A stretch of 40,762 nucleotides of DNA, taken from assembly GCA_919902235.1 (NCBI GenBank), contig CAKKQX010000017.1:1-40762 (forward strand), written 5' to 3'. The translations under genes were made by a program, and so were the position numbers. Position 1 is the stretch's first letter, and each line of letters opens with the position of its first letter. The notes beneath the pieces are model-generated. The model saw only the letters and a program-made list of their open reading frames with translations. It was not told where the DNA came from and ran no database searches. The stretch comes from Burkholderiales bacterium. Its GTDB lineage: Bacteria > Pseudomonadota > Gammaproteobacteria > Burkholderiales > SG8-41. Positions 26,577 through 35,453 of this stretch are shown piece after piece.

Positions 26577-27200
26577 CTATTCGGCCGCGTTCAGCAGCCG
26601 CCCCTTGTCGGTCTTCTGCTTCAATAGACCGGCCCGGTCCTCCTCGCAACGCTCGAAGGTCTGGGCCATCTGGCTCTCGTGCTGCTTGCGCTCGTTCTCG
26701 ATCTTCTCGATCTCGGCCCTAGCGCGGTTGATGTCGTTGGCGAAGGCATTCACCTTGCCCAGCGCGCGCTGGCTGATCTGGTACGCGCCGCGGCGCCCGG
26801 TGCTTTCATGGTTCGCCGCGTCCTCGTTCCTGATCTTGGCCTGCTCCGCCAGGCAGTCGGCGATCTTCTTCTCCCAATGGTTCTTCTTGCCCTGGGCCTC
26901 GGCGTCGGCCTTGGCCTTGTCCTCGCGGTAGCGTTTCAGCAGCCGGTCGAGCTGCGCCAGCTTGTCCTCGATCGCCTCCAGGTCGTAGCGCGCCTTCACC
27001 CGGTCGGCCGCCAGGAACATGCGGTCGAGCAATTTGTTCTGCTGCGCGACCGTGGCTTCCTGGGCGAAATGCGTTTGCAGCACGAACACGCGCCCGTCGC
27101 CGATCTGCACCTGGAGCGACGTGCCGATGGCCGGAGCGGCGCCGTCCTTCTTGAGCGGGACGATATTGGCGTTCGGGTTGTTCGCGGCTTTCCCGTCCAT
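26577..27200 (-). CDS. Coiled-coil hypothetical protein
   Basis: 207 aa, charged and helical. Confidence 0.6.
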   Translation of the reverse strand: MDGKAANNPNANIVPLKKDGAAPAIGTSLQVQIGDGRVFVLQTHFAQEATVAQQNKLLDRMFLAADRVKARYDLEAIEDKLAQLDRLLKRYREDKAKADAEAQGKKNHWEKKIADCLAEQAKIRNEDAANHESTGRRGAYQISQRALGKVNAFANDINRARAEIEKIENERKQHESQMAQTFERCEEDRAGLLKQKTDKGRLLNAAE

Positions 27201-27201
27201 G

Positions 27202-27780
27202 CTAGAAGCCCGAGCCGAACTGCGGCGCGCGGTTGACGACGCCGCTGCGACCGTGGATGACCGTCTCGCGGTGGCGCGGATCGCCGAACACCTTCTCGCC
27301 CTTGATCTCGCGCTCGTGCTTGTAGGCGTGCGCCATCTTGTCGCGCAGCGTGTCGGCCACCATACGCTGCACGGTATAGGTCCGGCCGTATTCGTAGGTG
27401 CGCCCGTCGAGCACGATGCCGGTGCGCGTGCCGCCGATGGCGGCTCCGGGCGGCACGTTGACGGTGATCTTCACCATCTCGTAGGCCGTGGCGGGCAGCG
27501 CCGGAACCTTCCCGTGGCGCCCGCGCGCGCGACGCAGCGCCTGCTCCTCGGCCTCGCGCTTGGCCTTGGTCTTTTCCTCGGCCGCGGCCTTGACCTCGGC
27601 TGCGCGCTCGATTTCCTTGATCTCGTCGACCGAGAGAATGCCATCCTCGGCCACGGCGTCCAGGCCCTGGGGCGCGTCCATTTCCTCGGCGCGCGCGGCG
27701 CCGGGCCCGGACATTGGAACCGGCGCGATTTCCTCGACCGGCTTAGCGATCTCGGCCTCGAAGCCCTTCTTCTCGTCCAT
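27202..27780 (-). CDS. Hypothetical head-region protein
   Basis: Start MDEKKGF at 27780 with AAGGGG RBS. Confidence 0.6.
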   Translation of the reverse strand: MDEKKGFEAEIAKPVEEIAPVPMSGPGAARAEEMDAPQGLDAVAEDGILSVDEIKEIERAAEVKAAAEEKTKAKREAEEQALRRARGRHGKVPALPATAYEMVKITVNVPPGAAIGGTRTGIVLDGRTYEYGRTYTVQRMVADTLRDKMAHAYKHEREIKGEKVFGDPRHRETVIHGRSGVVNRAPQFGSGF

Positions 27781-27791
27781 GAAGCTTCCCC

Positions 27792-28085
27792 TTAGCTGTG
27801 CGTCCAGTCGGACGCGGCGGCGATGGAATAGGCACTCACCAGGATCGGCCAGCCCTTCGCGTCCACGCCGATGTAGTCGCCCGGCAGCACCTTGAGCACG
27901 CCGCGATTCGGGACGTGGAGCAGGCCGTTGAAGCCGAACGCGCCGGGCCACGTCGGATGCGACACGTTCACGTCGTCCTTGATGGCCTGCTGGATCGTCG
28001 CCATGTCGGCCGCAAGATTGGCCGCATCGAAGGCCAGCGCCGTCAGGGTCGTAGTCGCGTCCGTGCCGAGGGTGATAGTCGCCAT
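27792..28085 (-). CDS. Putative minor capsid/decoration protein
   Basis: 97 aa directly after the MCP; AAGGA RBS. Confidence 0.5.
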   Translation of the reverse strand: MATITLGTDATTTLTALAFDAANLAADMATIQQAIKDDVNVSHPTWPGAFGFNGLLHVPNRGVLKVLPGDYIGVDAKGWPILVSAYSIAAASDWTHS

Positions 28086-28143
28086 GCGCCGGTCCTTAGT
28101 GGTGGGGGCCTACATGGCCCAGCGGGTTACAGCCCCTGCTCTA

Positions 28144-29490
28144 TCAACCGAACGTGGTGGAGAAGGCCGAGGTGCTTTCGATGATGGCGGCGAATTGATT
28201 ATTCTCAATCAAAGTGCCGTAGAAGCATTTCCAGCCAACGATGCGCAACTGGTTCAGCGGGTCGCTCTTGTCCGCGTCCTTGAGGTAGCTGAACTGCGCG
28301 TTCTTCAACACGACCTGGCCGTAGGCGCCGCGCCCGATCACATAGGTCGGATACACGGTGATGCCGGTAGCTGGGGCCGCGGGCGGCGTCTGCGCCGTGC
28401 CCGTGTTCGTGATCGTCACGGTCTGGTTGCCGGTCAACTGCACGGCCATGCCCTGCAACGGGCCGGAGGTCGGGCCGGCCGAACACACTCCCAAGTTCGC
28501 CGGGCTCGTGGTCGTGCCGATATAGACGCTCCAGGTGAAGCCGGTCGGGGTCGAGGGGATTACCACATCGACCGAGCCGTTCGGCCCGACGACGGCGATC
28601 GCGGCCGAGACCTGATGGATCCGACTCTCGTACTGGTTTTGCGTGTCGGAGGCCGTAAGCTGGATGTAGTAGGTGTTGGTCGCCAGCGAGCCGGCAGCCG
28701 TGACGGCGCCGTTCACGGCGGCGACGCCGGTGAAACTCGGCACCATGTTCGAGGCGCAGAAGCGAGCGCCCGACCATTCGCCGATTTCGTAGTTGTAGAG
28801 CCGGTTGAGGTCGCTGTAGGTGCGCGCCAGCACGACGGTCGAGTTCTGCGACCAGTCGCCGACCACCAGCGTGTGGCAGATGGCCGTGTAGTGCGGCATT
28901 CCGCGCGGGTTGTCCGAGGCGCGCGCGCCGCCCGCGTCCGCTTCGAGCTTCGTGTCGGTCTGCTCGTCGCCCATGAAGCGCGGAGCGCCCAGGGTTTGCA
29001 GCGCCGCCACCGTGCGAATCACCGTCGTGGTGTCCAGCACGTCGCCCGCAACCAGAGCCGCGCGCGACCCGCGCGAGTTGACGTAGTTCACCTGGGTGAG
29101 ACCGTTCAGGCTGTTGTAGCAGTTGCGCTCCAGCGTCTCGCCGATCTGCAACGCCGTCAGCGAGATGGCCTGCTTGAACAGCGGGTGCTTGATCGTGAGT
29201 TCCGCCACGTCGGTGATCGTCACCTTGTCGCCCCATTGCTGGGCAACGGCGCTGACCTGGCTGATCGTCATGGTCTCGCCGACGGGCGGCACGCCCTCGG
29301 ACAGAGGCGCGAAGGGCAGCGGCAGGCGATTGAAGCGCGCGCCGGTGTAGGTGGTGCCGCGCCCCTCGGGGAGCGTCAGCGGATCGCCGAACTGGTACGC
29401 GACCAGTTGCCGGCGCGCGAGAGGCAGAACCTCGTCCGCGATATAGGCTTCGATATCGGCGGAAAATTGCGACGCGACGTTCGTGGGCAT
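28144..29490 (-). CDS. Major capsid protein (N4-gp56-like, HK97 fold)
   Basis: QFG..LP.GRG.T, LSEGVPP, QWGD.V.ITD, YEIG and KSDPLNQ...VGWK motifs; follows the scaffold gene. Confidence 0.85.
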   Translation of the reverse strand: MPTNVASQFSADIEAYIADEVLPLARRQLVAYQFGDPLTLPEGRGTTYTGARFNRLPLPFAPLSEGVPPVGETMTISQVSAVAQQWGDKVTITDVAELTIKHPLFKQAISLTALQIGETLERNCYNSLNGLTQVNYVNSRGSRAALVAGDVLDTTTVIRTVAALQTLGAPRFMGDEQTDTKLEADAGGARASDNPRGMPHYTAICHTLVVGDWSQNSTVVLARTYSDLNRLYNYEIGEWSGARFCASNMVPSFTGVAAVNGAVTAAGSLATNTYYIQLTASDTQNQYESRIHQVSAAIAVVGPNGSVDVVIPSTPTGFTWSVYIGTTTSPANLGVCSAGPTSGPLQGMAVQLTGNQTVTITNTGTAQTPPAAPATGITVYPTYVIGRGAYGQVVLKNAQFSYLKDADKSDPLNQLRIVGWKCFYGTLIENNQFAAIIESTSAFSTTFG

Positions 29491-29526
29491 CGTTCAAGCC
29501 TCCAAGAACAGCCGCGCCATCCGCGG

Positions 29527-30306
29527 CTAGATTAGCACATTCTCCAGGCGCTTCGCTCGCGCCTCCGGGGTGTTTTCATCGCCGCCGCGCCGGCGCTCGG
29601 CCCGAGCGTCGCCGCGCGGGCTGGCGGCCCGGCCGCGCTCGCGCTCGACGGCCTCGGCAGCGCGCTTCTTGGCCTTTCCGTTGACCAGTCCGTTCCGCGC
29701 CAAGGCTCGGTCGCCGATGAGGAATTTCAAAACCACGTCCCTCGCTGCGTTCTGGCCCTTGGCGCGCATCTCCGCCAGTTTTTCCTCCACCGCGTCGGCC
29801 AGCTTGGCGGCGGTGGGGTTGCGCGCGCATAGCGCCTCGAATTTCGTCACGTCGGACTGCTCGGCCATCTGCTGCTGCAATCCGCCGAACGCCCTGCCGA
29901 ACTCGCCCCGGTCCTTCGCCCGGTAGTGTTCGATCTTTTCGTCCGCCGTCATCAGCGCGACGCGCTGTCGTTCCTGCTCCTCGGTCTCCTGCGGGGCCTG
30001 CGGCCGTTGGCGCAACTGGTCCCGTTCGGTTTCCGCCTGCTGGGCCCTGCGGCGCAGCGCCCGGATCGTCTCGCTCGCGCCGCCTTTCGGCGCGCGGGCT
30101 ACTTGGCGCGACGCTCCTTCATCTTCGGAAACATCTTCTCCTGCATCGTCTTCTTCGAGATCAGCGCCCTCGTCGCCGGAAAGCTCGTCTTGTTCGTCGT
30201 CCCCGGCCTCGGGCTCATTACCGTCCTGTTCCTGCTCATCGGCGCCGGTCGCTGCATTCGCACCCTCCTTCGGGTCGGGCTTCTGGTCTTCGTTTTCCTT
30301 CGGCAT
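29527..30306 (-). CDS. Scaffolding protein
   Basis: Acidic N-terminus, coiled coil and basic C-terminus; between portal and MCP. Confidence 0.75.
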   Translation of the reverse strand: MPKENEDQKPDPKEGANAATGADEQEQDGNEPEAGDDEQDELSGDEGADLEEDDAGEDVSEDEGASRQVARAPKGGASETIRALRRRAQQAETERDQLRQRPQAPQETEEQERQRVALMTADEKIEHYRAKDRGEFGRAFGGLQQQMAEQSDVTKFEALCARNPTAAKLADAVEEKLAEMRAKGQNAARDVVLKFLIGDRALARNGLVNGKAKKRAAEAVERERGRAASPRGDARAERRRGGDENTPEARAKRLENVLI

Positions 30307-30377
30307 CTGCTCTCTCCATCAGGTTACGCCTGACATGCGGTCGGCCCGGTTACGGGAGCCACTCGATATAGGGCGCG

Positions 30378-30406
30378 AAGATATGCCGCACCCAATATGT
30401 TGTCAA
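30378..30406 (-). promoter_or_regulatory. Sigma70 promoter for the scaffold-capsid genes
   Basis: TTGACA(30406-01)-17-TATCTT(30383-78). Confidence 0.65.
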
Positions 30407-30498
30407 ACTGCGGCAAGCGCGAACACGAACGCCAGCACGCAAACGATGGCCCAGACCGGGCCGGTGTCGTAGTAGCCGTCGCGGAAGGGCCGCGTCAC
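30403..30498 (-). CDS. 31-aa single-TM micro-protein
   Basis: GTGA overlap with the portal stop; MTRPFRDGYYDTGPVWAIVCVLAFVFALAAV. Confidence 0.4.
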   Translation of the reverse strand: MTRPFRDGYYDTGPVWAIVCVLAFVFALAAV

Positions 30499-32618
30499 AT
30501 TTTCCTCGGCATGCCGACAGCGCCGGCTGCCGGCATGCGATCCTGATGGATCGAGCCGTTCGGCCCTCTGGGCCGCATCGGCCCCGGCTGGCTGCCCGGC
30601 CTCGGCGTGCCCGCGACGCCCGGCGCGGCGCCGCCGCCCGGCTGGCCGCCCCCCGGAACGCCGGGCTGGCCCGGACCCTGCAACATGCCGCCCATCAGCG
30701 CGGCGGACTTCATGCGCATCGCCATCTTGTGCTTCTGCATGTGCGCCTCGATCTGGCGGTGCGGGTCGCCCGCGCGCATCGCCTCCATGTGCGACTGCAA
30801 ATGCTTCATGTCGTCGTCCAGCGGATGCACGTCGAGATCGAAGCCATCGGCCAGCAGCGGATTTTCCTCCAGCGGATCGGCCGCCAGCTCCTCGCGGATG
30901 TCCTTGAAGATCAGCGGCGCGAGACGCGGCCCGAAGGCGTTCTCCGCCAGGTGCTCGATGAAGGGCACGACATCGAGCGTGCGGCCTTGGTAGAGCTGCT
31001 GCGGAATGCCCCGGATGACGTTGATCGCGGCGATCTGCTGCTGGATTTGCGCGGCATTGCGCGCGGCCTCGACCCCGAACCAGCGGAAGAAATACCGATT
31101 GCCCATCTGGATCGGCTCGACGCTATCCATTCTAGCGCGCCGCCCCATCTGGCCGAACTGGCGCACGGTGATGTCCTCGTCGCGAAACTGGTGATCGAGC
31201 CACATGAACCACTGAAGCATGGGCGTGAAGATGCCCTCCTCCAGCACGGTCACGGCGTCGGCGGTGGTGAGGATGTCCACCTGCTGCTCCTGCGCGGCCT
31301 CGGCCTGGTTCTTCTTGCCCTTGCCGCCGGTCTGCTGCGTAATCATCGCCGTGTTCACGCCCAGCGTCTCGAATATCTGGTTCTTGACCCCGGCGACGTA
31401 GGCGAAGGCTTCCTTCCAGATTTCCGGGAAGGTGGCGAACTGCGTGTCCTGCGGGCTGGTCATCCAGACCGCCGCCAGGTCCATCACCATCGAGCCGACG
31501 TTCGGGTTCTTCTCCGGGTTGGTCATAATGATCGGCAGCATCGAGTAGGTCGCACTGTCGGCGCCCTGGTTCACGATGTCGTTGGCGTTGTATTGCAGCT
31601 TGGCGACGGCCTTGATCTTGCTGACGCCCTTGAACGAGCCGGAGACCTTCTCCACCGGAGCAGAAATCAGCGGCACCATGTCGTACCAGTACGGGTTGAG
31701 CTTGCAGCCCAGGATCAGATCGTTGCCGCCGTAGAACGCGCGGCACAGGCGGTCCTTGCCGTCCACCTCCAGCATGGTCCAGGTTTCATAGACCTGGGCG
31801 ACGTTGCCGTTGGCCTTGATGCCCGCCGCGTCGGCGTGTTCCTTCTTCGCGTCCTTGCTGCGGTTCCCGGCTTCGGGCCGCATGCCGTCCACGATCTTGT
31901 CGGCCGTGCTCTCCAGCACCAAGCCCTCGCGCCGCGCGGCCTTGACACGCGCCTTGGTCCAGCGCCGGATGATCGTGACGGAGCCGCCGGACGCCAGCGC
32001 CTGCGAGATGTTGTCGCAGGTCGCGGGCAGGATCAGCACGTCGCTGTCCGGCACGACCTCGACATAGGGGCCGGCTTCGACCACGGTTTCGTTCTCGACC
32101 GTCACGACTGGCTCCAGGTCTTGGAACTCCAGGCCGCCGATCTTGGGCGGCTTCTTGGTGCGCACGGCGGTGTAGCGCGAAGTTTCCTGCCAGCCGACAT
32201 AGAGGTTGTACTGGCCCTCGATGTCGCCGTTGCGCACCAACGCGGGCGCGACCTCGGTGCGCAGGCGCAACGCGCGGACATAGTGCTCGCCCAGCGCGAT
32301 CAGGGGATGCGGGATATCGCCGTTCTCGGTCGTGACCTCGACGTTGCGGCCGGTCTGCGGGAATAGCTGGTTGACGAAGCGGGTGACGCGGGCGTTGACC
32401 GCGTTGCGCACGATGGGGACGAAGATGCGGGAGTTGCCGTCGTAAGCCTGCTGGCCGCCGAGCTTGGCGTCGTAGATGTCCCACCAGTCCATCGTGTCGT
32501 TGGCGCGCTGCCACTGATCGGAGAAGCCCTTGTCCACGTCGGCGAACGTGTCGAGCAGGGCCTTGCGGATTTCCTTGCGATCCGAAATGTCCTCGTCTCT
32601 TTTGGTTTTCTTAGCCAT
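30495..32618 (-). CDS. Portal protein (P22-like)
   Basis: 707 aa after the terminase; LQY.AND..N...D.....LP motif; Pro/Gly/Gln tail. Confidence 0.8.
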   Translation of the reverse strand: MAKKTKRDEDISDRKEIRKALLDTFADVDKGFSDQWQRANDTMDWWDIYDAKLGGQQAYDGNSRIFVPIVRNAVNARVTRFVNQLFPQTGRNVEVTTENGDIPHPLIALGEHYVRALRLRTEVAPALVRNGDIEGQYNLYVGWQETSRYTAVRTKKPPKIGGLEFQDLEPVVTVENETVVEAGPYVEVVPDSDVLILPATCDNISQALASGGSVTIIRRWTKARVKAARREGLVLESTADKIVDGMRPEAGNRSKDAKKEHADAAGIKANGNVAQVYETWTMLEVDGKDRLCRAFYGGNDLILGCKLNPYWYDMVPLISAPVEKVSGSFKGVSKIKAVAKLQYNANDIVNQGADSATYSMLPIIMTNPEKNPNVGSMVMDLAAVWMTSPQDTQFATFPEIWKEAFAYVAGVKNQIFETLGVNTAMITQQTGGKGKKNQAEAAQEQQVDILTTADAVTVLEEGIFTPMLQWFMWLDHQFRDEDITVRQFGQMGRRARMDSVEPIQMGNRYFFRWFGVEAARNAAQIQQQIAAINVIRGIPQQLYQGRTLDVVPFIEHLAENAFGPRLAPLIFKDIREELAADPLEENPLLADGFDLDVHPLDDDMKHLQSHMEAMRAGDPHRQIEAHMQKHKMAMRMKSAALMGGMLQGPGQPGVPGGGQPGGGAAPGVAGTPRPGSQPGPMRPRGPNGSIHQDRMPAAGAVGMPRKM

Positions 32619-32712
32619 CGTAGTGGCGATCCTCCATCTCCATGAGGGAGATGGCGATAACGGCGACGCCGCACACCATGCCGAGCATGGCGATCAGGAG
32701 GAACCAGCCCAT
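32611..32712 (-). CDS. 33-aa single-TM micro-protein
   Basis: MGWFLLIAMLGMVCGVAVIAISLMEMEDRHYDG. Confidence 0.4.
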   Translation of the reverse strand: MGWFLLIAMLGMVCGVAVIAISLMEMEDRHYDG

Positions 32713-32714
32713 GC

Positions 32715-32933
32715 TCACAGCTTGGCCTTTTCCAGCCGGGCGATGCGCTGGAGCCGCTCGCGTTTCGTCTGCGCCAAGGTCTTGATGCGCTTCATCAGCG
32801 GCTTGTCGGCGATGTGTTCCTGCGCGCGCATGATGGTGTCGAGCGCGCTGGAGACGCGCCATTCGTCGTCCGACTTGCCGCAGGCGGTTTCCGGCGACGG
32901 CATCGACTTGAACTTGGCTTTTCGCTTGGCCAT
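32715..32933 (-). CDS. Hypothetical protein
   Basis: 72 aa; AGGAGG RBS; TGATG-coupled to the terminase. Confidence 0.65.
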   Translation of the reverse strand: MAKRKAKFKSMPSPETACGKSDDEWRVSSALDTIMRAQEHIADKPLMKRIKTLAQTKRERLQRIARLEKAKL

Positions 32934-34927
32934 CAGCGGGGCCTCCTCAATGCCGAGACGTAACGGGTTCCGTCCTTGGCGAGGGCGTAATTGATACTCC
33001 GGTCCTCCTCGCCTGTCGAGGCGGCCATCATTCCGGCGAAGCTCTCAAGCCCTTCCATCAGCACGGTGTAGGCGCCCGGCTCCGGCATGTCCTGCACGAC
33101 GCCACGCCGGTCGGCCGCACGGCAGAAGCCGCCCGCCATCGCGTTGAGCGTCCAGCGCGCACCGGCGGCGATCTGGAGCGCCGGCATCTGGCGCAGGCTG
33201 GTGCGCATGAGCCGCACGATTTCCTGACGGCCCAGGATCGGCTGGACGCCCACGCGCACGTCGCTCGCCGCCTTGCGCGCGGCCTGCGCCAGGCCGACGT
33301 TGTTCCACTGCTCGAAATGCTGCGGCCCGGCGACCAAGCGCAGATCGCGCCGCCCGGCCTCGGCCTGTGCCTCCTGCACGATGCGGTGGAGCGCCGTCCC
33401 GGCGTCGCCTTCCTGCAACCAGTCCGCCGTCACGCGCAAGCCGCCCTCGATGAATTGCGCGAGGACCGCCGTCGTGAGCGCGCCGGTAGAGCCCAGCGCC
33501 AGCCACGACACGCGGCGCGGGTCGGCCTTGAGGCCCTCCACGACATGCTTGCCGTCGAAGTCCTCGTAGACCGGCTGGCCGGGGCGCAGGCGCAGCGCGT
33601 AGGCCAGCGCGTTCGGCACGTCGATGCGGCCCTTGGGGAACGACAGAAGCTGCATGCGCAAGTCCGGGAACTCCTCGTTCCAGATGATCTCGCCCGCGCG
33701 GTGGAAGGGTTGCAGGCCGAGGATGAAGTCTATCTTGTTGCGCGGCGCGTTGACCGCACGCACGGGGATGATGCGCTGGCGCTTCTCCATCGCGTGGCGC
33801 AGCGGCTGCATGATGAACTCGTTGAGGCCGGTTTCCTCCACGCCGATCAACACGGGCGAGAACTCCTCGTCCAGCCGGAAGATGGCGTCGATGATCTCGT
33901 CGGGCCGCAGGAACGCACCGTAGGCCCGCCAGATGCGCAGGCGCCGGCCGATCCAGGACCAGGCGCAAACGCCGGTATGCGCGCTGGTGTCCTTGACCGT
34001 GCGCGCCGGGTCAATCATGCAATAGACTGGCTCCCAGGTGCGCCGGTAAATCTCCACGCGGATACTCTCCGGCTTGAAGGATTTCTCCACCGGCCGGTCG
34101 GCCTGGCACATGTACTCGCGCTCGAACTCGGCCAGCTTGCCCTCCCGCGCCATGTCGGCCTTGATGCGGTCGATCTCCTCCAGTGGATACAACTCGGGCC
34201 AGAGCGGCAGGCGCCTGCCGTCGTCGTCCACCGTCTCGACAGGATACACCTTGGTCTGCCAGCCGGGGTTGCGCTTCAAGCGCATAGGCAGACCATCCGG
34301 GTCGCGCGGCGTCTCGGCCACGCGGATGCGGGTGTTCGCGGTGCGCGCGGCGGCGGGCAGCAGCGTCGCCAGCACCCAGGTGATCGACTTCTCGCGCACC
34401 GTTTCGTCGCGGCTTTCCTCGTCCTCCTCGATGTCGTCCAGGAAGATCAGCTCGGGCCGCCATTGCAGATACTTGATGCCACGCATGGACTGGCCGCGGC
34501 CGATCGCCTGGATGCAGGCCCCGTTCTTGAGGATGATCCGGTCCTCGGCCCAGGCGTCGCCGCGCTGGTCGCCGAACAGCTCGGCCAGATAGTCGTTGGT
34601 CTCGAACTCGTGCTTGATCGCCTCTAGGCGCTTGAGGGCCTGGGGCTTGGTCGAGCCGACGATCAGGCAGTAGTGGTACTCGGCCAGGGAGCCGCGCAGG
34701 ATGATGGCCTCCTCGGCCAGCGTGGTCTTGGCCCCGTGGCGGAAGGCCATGGTGAGCACGCGGGGATGGGGCCCGTGCCAGTCGTCGATGATCTCGCCAT
34801 GGAAGACGGGGGTGGCGGCTTCGTGGCGGCCTCGGAAAATCACCGAGTGCGCCAGGCGGCGGTCGGCCATGAAGCGCGCGATGATCGCGGCGCGCTTCTG
34901 CTCGTCAGTCGGCTGCGGCTCTGACAT
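32933..34927 (-). CDS. terL: Terminase large subunit (664 aa)
   Basis: Start MSEPQP; Walker A FRHGAKTT, Walker B LIFLDDIE, FEREYMC, nuclease MIDPA and FPKGRIDVPNAL. Confidence 0.85.
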   Translation of the reverse strand: MSEPQPTDEQKRAAIIARFMADRRLAHSVIFRGRHEAATPVFHGEIIDDWHGPHPRVLTMAFRHGAKTTLAEEAIILRGSLAEYHYCLIVGSTKPQALKRLEAIKHEFETNDYLAELFGDQRGDAWAEDRIILKNGACIQAIGRGQSMRGIKYLQWRPELIFLDDIEEDEESRDETVREKSITWVLATLLPAAARTANTRIRVAETPRDPDGLPMRLKRNPGWQTKVYPVETVDDDGRRLPLWPELYPLEEIDRIKADMAREGKLAEFEREYMCQADRPVEKSFKPESIRVEIYRRTWEPVYCMIDPARTVKDTSAHTGVCAWSWIGRRLRIWRAYGAFLRPDEIIDAIFRLDEEFSPVLIGVEETGLNEFIMQPLRHAMEKRQRIIPVRAVNAPRNKIDFILGLQPFHRAGEIIWNEEFPDLRMQLLSFPKGRIDVPNALAYALRLRPGQPVYEDFDGKHVVEGLKADPRRVSWLALGSTGALTTAVLAQFIEGGLRVTADWLQEGDAGTALHRIVQEAQAEAGRRDLRLVAGPQHFEQWNNVGLAQAARKAASDVRVGVQPILGRQEIVRLMRTSLRQMPALQIAAGARWTLNAMAGGFCRAADRRGVVQDMPEPGAYTVLMEGLESFAGMMAASTGEEDRSINYALAKDGTRYVSALRRPR

Positions 34928-35453
34928 CGGCGGCCGCATTGAACTTGGTTGTCTCATTGCCCCACGCACTCCAGCCGGGGCGCTCCTGGCGCGCGAACAT
35001 TTCCAGGTATGGGCCGCCCACCAGCGCCTCGATCCTCGCGTATTGCTCGTCCGGTTTCCGGCTGTGTTCGCGCCTCGGAGCCTCGATGATCTCGCGCACT
35101 CCCTTGGACTTGCGCCGGGGCTTGCCGCGCGTCGCCAGCAGGCACATCTCGCTCTGCTTGCGCGTCCAGTAGCCCATGCCGATGTTGCCGGTCTTGACCC
35201 AGGTGAATGCCCTGGTCTTGAACTTGAAGCCCCAGACTTTGAACAGATCGAGAGCCGCGTCGAGGTGCGAGTCCACGACCCACATGAACAGCGCGCAGTC
35301 CCGCGCCGCCAGTTCCGACACCGGCAACCCGGCGATCTGATGCAAGTCCATCGTGCGATAGTGGTCATTCGCCGAGCGGTGGGCAATCGTGTTTCGGCCC
35401 GAGTAGGTCTTGAAGGCCCAGGGCGGATCCATCAGGATGCAGCCGTATTTCAT
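34905..35453 (-). CDS. MT-A70 family N6-adenine methyltransferase
   Basis: ILMDPPW, HY.TM, LFMWV, WGF, GMGYWTR, HSRKPDE, LEMFAR..RPGW.AWGNE. Confidence 0.9.
   Translation of the reverse strand: MKYGCILMDPPWAFKTYSGRNTIAHRSANDHYRTMDLHQIAGLPVSELAARDCALFMWVVDSHLDAALDLFKVWGFKFKTRAFTWVKTGNIGMGYWTRKQSEMCLLATRGKPRRKSKGVREIIEAPRREHSRKPDEQYARIEALVGGPYLEMFARQERPGWSAWGNETTKFNAAADVRAAAD

Noticed and set aside
32933-35386. 817-aa terminase as given by the ORF track
   Set aside because: The N-terminal extension overlaps the MT-A70 gene in another frame; the start at 34927 is more plausible.
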